A stretch of DNA of 60,484 nt, counting the filler, from Sphacelaria rigidula (lineage: Eukaryota): NCBI GenBank assembly GCA_964200075.2. It is 4 parts of 4 records of this genome, joined end to end, with 100 filler letters (N's around TTAATTAATTAA, not from the genome) between each part and the next. Parts side by side here need not be neighbours in the genome. Positions count along the whole stretch, not along the records: positions 45,443 to 60,484 come from CAXNAA020001935.1; 3 more parts are not named here. One strand, written 5' to 3'. A program made the position numbers and the translations under genes. Each line of letters begins with the position of its first letter. The first letter of the stretch is position 1. Below the pieces are notes generated by a model. It worked only from the letters and a program-made list of their open reading frames with translations. It was not told the DNA's origin and did not search any database. Shown here piece after piece: positions 51,232 through 60,484 of the stretch.

Positions 51232-51675
51232 ACACGGCATATTACAAATTGGGGATGGATCTTTTATTGGGGATGAGAAACCGGGGGAATTAAAATCTTC
51301 GTATCCGCACCAAACCTTCGAAACATGGTTTCATTTCTCCACCTACTGATGGCTATTGACAACTGCTACACGCCATAAAAAAATGAATTTCGATTGCCAT
51401 CATGTTGGGGTCGTAGGTGAAAAACCAATTTTGGGGAATTCCGGGTGTCCGAACGGACAATCAAAATGGTTCCGAAATTGTTTTTTCCACCTAGGACCCC
51501 AACATTTCGGTGATCGGAATCCAAATTTCTATGGCGTGTAGCAGTTGTCAATAGCCATCAGTAGGTGGAGAAATGAAACCATATTTCGAAGATTTGGTGT
51601 GGATAGGAAGATTTTAATTCTCCAGGTTTCTCATCCCCAGTGAAAGATCTATCGCCAATTTGTAAGATCCCGTGT
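51232..51675. mobile_element. Same palindromic MITE family as 42283-42723
   Basis: acacggcatattacaaattgg ... ccaatttgtaagatcccgtgt; internal sequence similar to the other copies. Confidence 0.8.
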
Positions 51676-51815
51676 TTAATAACGTGGTCGCCGTGTGGTC
51701 GTCATGCGGTCATCATGTGGTCATCATGTGGTCGCTATGTGGTCGTCATGTGATCATCATGTGGTCATCATGTGGTCACCATGTGGTCACCATGTGCTAC
51801 TAACACCACAATCAC

Positions 51816-51891
51816 TGCTGCTGCTGCTGCTGCTGCTGCTGCTACTACGACCACGACCACGACCACTACGACTACGACGACGGCGACGACG

Positions 51892-51941
<50 letters not shown>

Positions 51942-51964
51942 CACTACTACTACTACTACTACTT

Positions 51965-52037
<73 letters not shown>
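51816..52037 (+). repeat. Compound microsatellite (GCT)n-(CGA/CCA)n-(CTA)n
   Basis: Direct inspection. Confidence 0.95.
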
Positions 52038-52038
<1 letters not shown>

Positions 52039-52045
52039 CTAATAC

Positions 52046-52415
52046 TGTTCAAGGTTATGATAAGATCGTTTCTGCATGGTGTTTAAATCCTCGACGTGGT
52101 CTAACCCGGCAGAACGGACAGCAAGATCGGTGACTATTCAAGACTATGATGAAATCGTTTCTGCACGGCGTGTAAATTCCCTGCGTGGTCTAACCCCGCA
52201 GAACGGTCATCAGTATCGGCGATTGTTCAAGACTATCATGAAATCGTTTCTGCACGCTCTTTGAATTTCCTGCGTGGTCTAACCCGCGCAGAACGGTCAT
52301 CAATATCGGCGATTGTTCAAGACTGTGATGGGATCGTTTCTGCACGATGTTTGAATTCCCTACGTGGTCTAACCCGGCAAAATGGTCATCAAGATCGGCA
52401 AATACTCAAGATGAC
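52046..52415 (+). repeat. Tandem array, ~89-bp unit x4 plus a partial unit
   Basis: Unit starts at 52046, 52134, 52224, 52314. Confidence 0.85.
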
Positions 52416-55400
52416 GATGACGTCGATTGCTCCCGGAAATATGAGCATGGTAACGCGGCGATCCTACGTCGAACCACGTTCAACCCGAGGGCCTTTCAGC
52501 CCATCGGCCTGAGGGATGGTGTTATGGATCGCGGCGTAGTGGTGGAAGTTCAGTACGAGGATGGGCTAGCTATTCGACTAGTGAACCCGGAGGGCTGGTC
52601 AGTGGCTGCCGGCGAGTAGCCTGATCAGGGGGTGGAGGCTTGCTTGTACCGGTTACGACCGTTACAGACCGTTACAGACATGCCTCCTTTCACTCATTTT
52701 TCGATTCTGTTCCGAGAGGAACCTAATTGAACCATTGAGCCCCATGGTGTTTATAATAATCAATCCCGGAACTGATCGAAGTATCTGAGATGATAACTCG
52801 TGAAGCTCGTTTTGGTTCTCAACGCCACCAATATGAAGAAAGAAAATGACGCCTTGAAAGCTGTGCTGAAGACACCATGACGTTGAGCTGTTCTTCCGCT
52901 TGGATTCAATTTCTCTGTTTGCTGGATACCGGTGAGATCTAACCTGACTAATTTGAGATACAGTAGTGGGCGGTCTAATTATTCATTTTGTGGCATTCTG
53001 CGATTTTTTCGTAATCGGCGATTTTCTTGGGCTCTTTTCGCTTGCCACCGCTCATCACATTGAGGATCTGAAGATACGTGTATCCGGTTCACATTCGAAG
53101 AAACAAATATCAGATATACTCAATGTTGAGTGACTTACGGGCTTAACGGTCATCGGGGGTCCTGCCACGTTTCAGCACAGATTCTTACTCTTCGGTATTT
53201 TCGGTCAATCGAACGTATCCCGATCATATTTGGGAAGAAATGTACAGTTCTTTTTTTTTAATTCTACCCACTCATTGCACTAGAGCCGAAAAACTGTATT
53301 TTACGGTCAAGAACACCCTCCTGATAAACGAGGTATTTGCTCGTATCGCCCGATAACACCAACTAACACTGACTTGGGCACTGTGTTTCGAGGGTGATAC
53401 TGTTTCTTGTACCAAAATCTACCGACGCTAGCAATTCCGAGTTCTATCGAAGAGTAGTGCGGGAGGGAAACCCCAAAACACCCCTGAATAGTTAGACTGC
53501 CCACTACTGTACGGTGTAGCTGTGAAACGAAGCATAATAGTACACGGGTGATTGCTTGTTCGCATGAATTCGCGCCGCATGCTGTGTTATCTGTCGTTCT
53601 CCTGAAGTCGCGTTTCCACAGCGTTTATGTAGGGATCAAGCTAGCAGCCATTTGCCCGTAACACTACTACTACTACTGCTGCCGCTGCTGCTGCTGCTGC
53701 TGCTGCTGCTACTACTACGATTGGCATCATGTGGTTGTCGTCGTGTGGTCATCATGTGATCAGCAGAGCCGCAAGTATGCACAGGATGCCACGTGGGAGG
53801 GAACATTGAGGTGGGCATACAGTTTATGCGACAAATATGTGGGTGAGATGAGTTATGGCTCAATTCGAGGTACGTGAGGTAGGTGGCACAACAGTCGGCA
53901 CCAGGAAATGAAGGCACGAATGGTTATGGTTCCGTATCCTCGCTGCATTATTTTTGCCTGTACTAAAATCTCCCCCAGCATCACAAAAATGTCGGGAATT
54001 AATTGTTTTGGATCGCTGGTCGTGTGCTTGGTGTTCATCCCCAATGGAAGGTGGTGCTGGGTGACAAAGAAAGGAACGGGCTACTAGAAAATAAAGGCGT
54101 GAGTTCGAAAGCAAATACCGGGTAGTACGTCTGGGTACTTGCTGGTGCAGCACATGAAAACCCTGGTATGCACAAGGAAAATATCCGAAACACCGGATAC
54201 TGGGTACCCGCCCGTGCTGCCCGCATTTTCCGTGAATGCGAAAAGGGACCACCACCGGACTTGACGTGAATCACTGTGCCATGTCCTTACAGATTGCTTG
54301 AGGTCCCGTCAAATGCCACTGGACAAGTTCACTTCCGCTCCTTCTGCGTCAGCGTTCACTAGAAGGTGTAGTAATTGAGAAATGATGAAGGCGCGCTTGA
54401 GATGCGCAGCAGTGGCGTATTTTCGAGAGCTGTTTTCGTACCACCGCTGGACGCCTGGGGGGTCAGTTTAAGTGCGACAATCAATCAATCAATCAACCAC
54501 ACAACGGGCATGCAAATAGCACATATACATTCACTAGCGATAATGAATGTACTCGGTACTCTAGTACTGTAGTAACGGGTGGACACCGAGAGGGACCCGC
54601 CGGTATTTCACGACTGGCCGCGTACTGAAAACGCCTCCCAGAAACCGGATGTCGTACTGGGTACTCGCCGCTACTGGGTGACCGGTGCCGAAATTTATTC
54701 GTCACGGGCATCGCTTTTTTTCAAGTGCTCCATCATCAATCACTGGCGGTCGTACACTCGCACGATATGCAAACTACACGACGAGAAGTACGCTCGCACG
54801 GGAGACACACAAGACAAGATGTGATGACGCCAAAAAAAGTCAACGGCGTTTGGCTGCACACAACACAGCACCACCAGTGTTACGATCATGTATAAACTTG
54901 GAGCAAGAACGAAATCAGGAAAAGGAAAAAACACAGACGCACGCACACTCGTTTGAATTTCTGCTGCCGACTGCTGTTCTGCCGCATGTACCTCAAATGG
55001 AGCCACACCTCATTTCAATCTTCGACGCGGCATTCTCTGCATACTTGCCGCTCTGCCTACCGCATGATGATCAGTCCGCATTTTCACACAGGACATGCTC
55101 CAAATCGAGTTCACCCAACTTCGTGTGGGGACTGTCTTCCGTGGGAGTCGTCGACGACGTCCACTCCGAGGATGGCATGCTGTCTACGGCCTCCGACACG
55201 TCGCATGGCGAAGCAGGGAGCGATCTTGACGTCCCCTGAGACGAGGTTGACTTGAACAGTTCACCTTGGGTAGCCGAGGGAGCTGAGGAAATTTCCTCGG
55301 CGTGTTCCTCTTTCGGCACGGTGGAGCCGCCTATGTGCCCGGGCATTCGCGCTCCAAGCCATGATATTCCCGGTGAACCGCTGCCAACCAGGCGACGGTG

Positions 55401-57374
55401 ACGCCCGCGATGACGGTGATGATGGCGACGATGACGACAACGACGAGTCGGCTCGTCGCGTGTCCCCGTGTTCGCTGCAGGTGCTTTCTGCTCTGTGCGA
55501 GATCCTTCCGTCGGGATGCTGAACGCCTTCAAGGATGGGAGGGTGACGACTATGAGTGCCAGATAGCTGCGCCCGACGAACAGGTTCGCGGTGCGTGACC
55601 TGACCCACAGATTCGGAGGGAAGGATGGCGCAGATGTTTAAACCGACAGCAGGGGCAGGCTGAAGTGCGGTGCCGGATCAGGAGAAGGGTCGATCAAATG
55701 TGTGAACACCTGGAACGATGATTCCTCATTTCTGGGCAGTATCAGGTGACTCAAACTCATGATACGGTCTGATTCTAATGCTGAAATATATCACGGAGTT
55801 CCAAGGCTTGAGTAAATCACGGAGTTCCACATGACGACGTTGACAGAAGTGGAGAAGTTGAAGGAACATCGCACCAGAATATATGCCAAGTCGTTTTCCG
55901 ATCGATGTCGAACATGATTTGTCTTGTTTTATGCACCGCTTCCTCGTAACGGCCTTCAAGAAAGACCGTTGCAGGACGACCGTAGTTCTGAAGAGATAGG
56001 CCGTGCTTGTCTCATGGCTACTCTTCGGCTCCGCCGGAGGCGAGCTCCTCGAGCGGCAGGCGGTGAGTGTATGACTTATTCGAAGTATGGGGGAGAAAAT
56101 TGGAGATGTATCTATCTATTCAGTGGAGCAATGGTTGCCAGTGATGGCAACGACCGCGGTCAGTACAATGCTTGTTATTTCATACGGTATAGGGTGCGCT
56201 CAGGGAGCTATCTTGCTCTGAACGAATCACCGAGGCTGATCGCTTCCTGTTCTGTTATTTTTTCATGCGCATATTCACTCCACCAACCGTGAGTTGCCGA
56301 CGTGTTCTGGACATTGGAGTCTCTCTGCGCTTCTCTGTTTTGCTTCCTGGGTCTTGAACTGGGAATACCAGCAGCCATGCCACAGGAGTCTCCCAGTTCT
56401 TGTTTTATTACTAATTATATTTTTTTATTTTCACGATTATTCGTATTCTCTGTTTCAACTATTTATTGCTACTGTGTTATAATCATACTCTGAGTTCTAT
56501 TTTTGTTTCACTATTCCACCATTATTTCATAAGTTTAATTACTGCAAATCCGGACGTGTTCATCACCGTGATTCTCAGTCTCTTTTTTTCGCAATTTTTA
56601 TTTTTTATTTGGTGATTTTTGTTTCCACAATTATTATTTTCACTTACCGATGATTATTGTAACCATTTCAGTGTTTATTGTTTCTACATTTCTCATTTTT
56701 CCCTTCGCTTTTCTGTTTCGTTTCCCATGTTTCGGGTTGCGAATACGTGCAGTCATGCGGCAGGGGCCACCCAATGCTTGTGTATTATTACTCTTATTTT
56801 TGTTGCAGATATTTCGTACCACAGTATTGTGATAATGTTCTCATTTTTCGTTTTATTGTTCCATCGTTGTTCAATACTTTGAACTACTAGTATGTCTGAC
56901 ATGACACTTTTTTGTTTTCAATACTTTGATCACTACGACTGTTATTCTTCACTCAAGGGTTTTCTATTTATCTATTTCATAACTGTGCATCGTTATTTTT
57001 ATGTGTTACTATTTCATTTCTATAACTCTCATCCTTCATTGCGCTTTTCTGCCTTGTTTTCTGTGTTTTGGGTTGCGAGGACCGGAAGCCATGCGGCAGG
57101 AGCCGGCAATTTCCTGTTTCACTAGTTGCACTCTCTGTTTTGATTATGGTCGTCATTATTATAATTATTTTCGTTTGTTTTCCTTAGTGTGTTACTATTC
57201 TAGTCACATCATTATATCGTTTGTTATATCATCTCATAATTATTTTATTTTTTTATTGTTACTATTTTGAACATTTCAAAGCTCTCTTTTTCAATGACTA
57301 TATCATTTCTATTTGTATCATCATTCTTGGTGTTTTATTTTCACGATTTATTCCATCTGTTGTTTCGCCCCCCG

Positions 57375-57625
57375 GAGTCATGCTACGATAGGGGGGGGGG
57401 GGTGTTTGCTTTCACGAAAAAATACTTGCAGGTGTGTCAGACGACCTAACACACTCGCGGTGCACTTGTATTTAGGTTAAAACGGAGTCAATGTGTATTA
57501 TGGAGCGTTATCTATCTATAACAAGCGCGCTTGAAGAACCGTTGCTGCGTTTAACGAAGAGTTGAAGTGGAATTTCGTCGAAGAAGTGGCCCAAAATACC
57601 CCCGCCCCCTACCGTAGCATGACTC
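57375..57625. mobile_element. MITE with GAG..CTC ends and 4-bp TSD CCCG (Sola2-like)
   Basis: cccg|gagtcatgctacgatagggg ... cccctaccgtagcatgactc|cccg. Confidence 0.75.
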
Positions 57626-58273
57626 CCCGATGTATCCAAGTCGCAGTTTGTCGCCCTGCTTTCATAGTTTTCATGGGTGAGAGCTCATCCCCGATATCAC
57701 GTGGCAGAAATAGATGAGCTGCGATCTTTCCTCACGCTTCATGTATTTTTCCTCGATTGGGTGTGAATGCGTGTGCTGTTGCGCAACACCTTTTCTGCCT
57801 CAAGCCATGTTGCAGAGACCGGCCGTCTCTCGTTCTTGTTCTTCGTCTTTGTTTTGTTTGTATAGCTATACATATATTTTTTTCAGTCCACTCTTTGTGT
57901 CTGATCCACCTTTCTGTTCTCTTCACTTCCCTTCAGCGATTATTTCCGTTATGTTTCTATCTCGGGTGGGTCTATCATGTGACCACGGCTGAATTCCTGG
58001 GGAATGCGATAATGCGCGACAACCAATCGATCAAGCAATCAAGCGATCATTTTTTCTCATTTTCATTGTTGATAACTGTTGATAGTTGTCACCATTTTTA
58101 TCGTTACTATTTGGGTATTACCTTCCCATTTCTTTTTTTTCCTATTTTTGTTGTTTAGATCATAATATATATATATATATGTTGATTTCTTCTAATCATT
58201 TTCATTTTACATCATGAACCTTTTTTCCATCAATGCTATCACCTTTTTTCCATCGGGACCAATAATAGATAGA

Positions 58274-58299
58274 GTTAGGGTTAGGGTTAGGGTTAGGGT
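58274..58299 (+). repeat. Interstitial telomere-like (TTAGGG)4
   Basis: gttagggttagggttagggttagggtt. Confidence 0.8.
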
Positions 58300-59149
58300 T
58301 TGTCGAACTCTCTCTATCTTTATCCCATGCTATTCCTTTCCTCTCAGTATTATACCCTAGCAGTTTGTTGCCCTGCTTCCGTGGGTGAAAATTTATACCC
58401 GACTAGTATGGTCCAAAACAGCTGAGCCGCTGTTTTGGTGTCATTCTGTGTATGGGTGGGTGCATGCGCATTTTCCGCATGGCTTTTTTTCACATGAAGC
58501 CATGGTGCAAGGGCCGGCCATTCCTGGGTTTCTTTCTTCGTTCATTTTTCTCATCTTTCGATGTCATGCTTCCTATTTTTTCTCTGTTCTTTTCCTCTGC
58601 TTCTCTTTCCCATTCTGCTTGGTTTGTTTTCGTCTTCTTGTGTTTAAGAATTCTTTGGTTCTGTTTGTCATGGTTTTTGTTTGTCAGCCCACTCCTTTTG
58701 CTTGTTCCATATTTTTCGTTTCCGTTTCCACTACCCTTTTCCTTTAGCGAGCGTTTCCAGTAATGTTATCTTGGGTACATCTGTCTTCTAACCACGAGTG
58801 GGTTCCTCGGGAATCAGTTAGGGTACGATAATCAATCAATCAGTCGATCAATCGAAGAAAACCAACAGCGGCGTGAACGACCAAGATCTCGCTTAAGAAG
58901 CAATCGATCAGTCAACGAAAACAATGTTGGCCTGCTCGCTTGGGGATGAGTTGGTCGTTGAGCGAGATCAAACAGCTGTCGACACACACTGGTGGCGCGC
59001 TATGCCTGGTCGGCCCTCGGACGGCACTCGGCCCGCGTGACTAAATGGTTGTGTAACGACGCTCGCCTGGGATCTCAATCTCACGCCGAGATAGCTTCCA
59101 TGGCCATGGACAAGATCTTGCATGGGTGAGAGATACGCCTATTGTGAGG

Positions 59150-60484
59150 GCTCTTGCTCCCCGTGCTCTGCTATCGACCCGCCATTGTGGAGGTTGGTGC
59201 ATGTGCTTAGCCTGGTACCACAAATAAATCTGTTTTCAGCGAGAGACTGCTACGTTCGGGCTTCAAAAGCTTTTGTACACCCGAACGATAACAACGATGA
59301 ATTTGGAGCGAGAATATACGTTTTGTTAGATTATGGCGCCAACGTCCGAAAAATAGTGATACCCGGTAACCAGTGCCTTACAGAACTGGCTTAGAGGTGC
59401 AGCCGTCTCCGCCGACGCGAGTCAACGCTGTGGGGGAGGGTATTGATGGGCGCGGGTCGATGATGCAAACAGTCGGCTCAGCGTTTAGTTCAAGATAGCC
59501 CCGTGCTACGCTGGGGTCATGTGCCTGAAGAACAAGCACGTGAAAAAATCGCGAGCACGAGCCTTTTGCTGTAGCGTCACCTTTTCTTGTGCATGTAACA
59601 GAGGTTGTTTGTTTCTTCCGCTGTGCATTTTCGATGTGTCAACAATCTGGTCACCATGTGCACCCCCCCTTGGCTTGAACTAGTGGATCATGAACACAAT
59701 CGTAGAGAAGACCCTGGGGGCGAGTGTAGACGGATCGGCAGTCAAGGTGTGGGTCATGCTGACTCTCCTGTGCAGGCGCCGCACGCCGGATGATCCCGAG
59801 GTACAGCACTAGACTATTGTAGACTGATTTTGCTCGAGTTGTTTTTTCTTCAGTGATTTTGCACCTAGTCTTCTACGGGTTGCATCGCATTCGTGGGTCA
59901 TGCCCCAAGGTCACACCTTAGTTGGATGATATTTGATTGATACGGTCGGCGGTGTAGGCTTTCAGCTGCTACTGTTATACTCCAATCTGTATGGACGTAC
60001 GTTTCCCCACAAACACAAGATGGATTTCGATGTGTCATCTTGAACCTCGCGTTTCTCGTTGACCACGTGCTTGCCCCCCTTCAATGTGATTGGCACGGGG
60101 AGCGCCGCGCGCTGGAGCAATGCCCACACAGAGTGGACGGCCAACTACACGTGCAACAAGGGGGGGTTTCGTGGGTGCGAGCTACCCTGCCCTAAGCAAC
60201 TGTTCATGCGGTTCATATGCGCGGGGTGCTAACCCCACGTGCTTGTCAGTACAGTAGACAGGCTAGCCGGCCCTTCGGGAAACTGGCGCACGAACCCGAG
60301 ACAACGGGGTAAGTGTTGGGTATAGGTTGCCCCCTCGCTCATTTGATGTACGAAAACACAAAAAACGGAATCGGGCACTGTACAGATCTTGAAGCCTGTG
60401 CTCTCTGGGGTATACTTCCTCTGTCCCATAAGTAAAGTCCGTTATGTTTATACGAGCCCTCAACGGTGTCCGATTTGATTTTCG
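59150..60484 (-). pseudogene. Decayed piggyBac-like (DDE_Tnp_1_7-type) transposase
   Basis: Fragments in shifting frames, in the expected order: RKYTPESTGFKICTVPDS (cf. Y.P.KP...G.K....D), KGGKHV...ILCLWGN (cf. RG....LAL.W.D), PRVFSTIVFMI (cf. W..RVF.T.LGMI), and a Cys/His tail ICGTRLSTCTNLH. Motif recall only. Confidence 0.45.

Larger units (their letters stand above)
50650..51795 (+). repeat. 11-bp minisatellite (gtggtcatcat)n, split by two MITEs
   Basis: Arrays at ~50650-50790 and ~51683-51795 flank the MITEs at 50802-51675. Confidence 0.75.

Noticed and set aside
51695..52086. Poly-Leu/Thr/Val ORFs (also 29635-30084)
   Set aside because: Translations of trinucleotide microsatellites.
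52134..52225. Possible hammerhead ribozyme (minus strand CTGATGA...GAAA) or C/D snoRNA (ATGATGA)
   Set aside because: Stem II does not close before GAAA, CTGATGA is present in only one unit, and there is no D box (CTGA).
45443..60484. Upstream exons of the CTL gene
   Set aside because: No NAYI-type or other CTL-like peptide found, and this segment is probably an unrelated contig.

Overview
Eukaryotic, intron-rich and TE-rich DNA; a brown-algal/stramenopile origin is an inference from gene style and repeat content. The window is four segments of 15052, 15046, 15044 and 15042 bp joined by identical 100-bp spacers (44 N + TTAATTAATTAA + 44 N). This looks like length-sorted unplaced contigs, so nothing should be assumed linked across the gaps. 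Segment 2 holds a complete six-exon ATG1/ULK-type Ser/Thr kinase gene on the minus strand (28793->17239, about 1523 aa, with a 3.8-kb last coding exon). Segment 3 holds the last three coding exons of a choline transporter-like (SLC44/CTL) gene on the minus strand. The rest is mostly mobile DNA: a decayed Ty1/copia gag-protease-integrase, a decayed piggyBac-like transposase, and a hAT transposase remnant between long inverted arms. There are also many MITEs with readable ends and TSDs (TA, TTAA, TTA, 4 bp, 8 bp), several of them nested, a tRNA-derived SINE, and tandem repeats. The most unusual structure is a 482-bp intronic element built from five inverted tRNA-like (Pol III A/B box) units. No CRISPR array or rRNA was seen, and I found no clearly novel protein system. 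All calls are by eye, without database searches.
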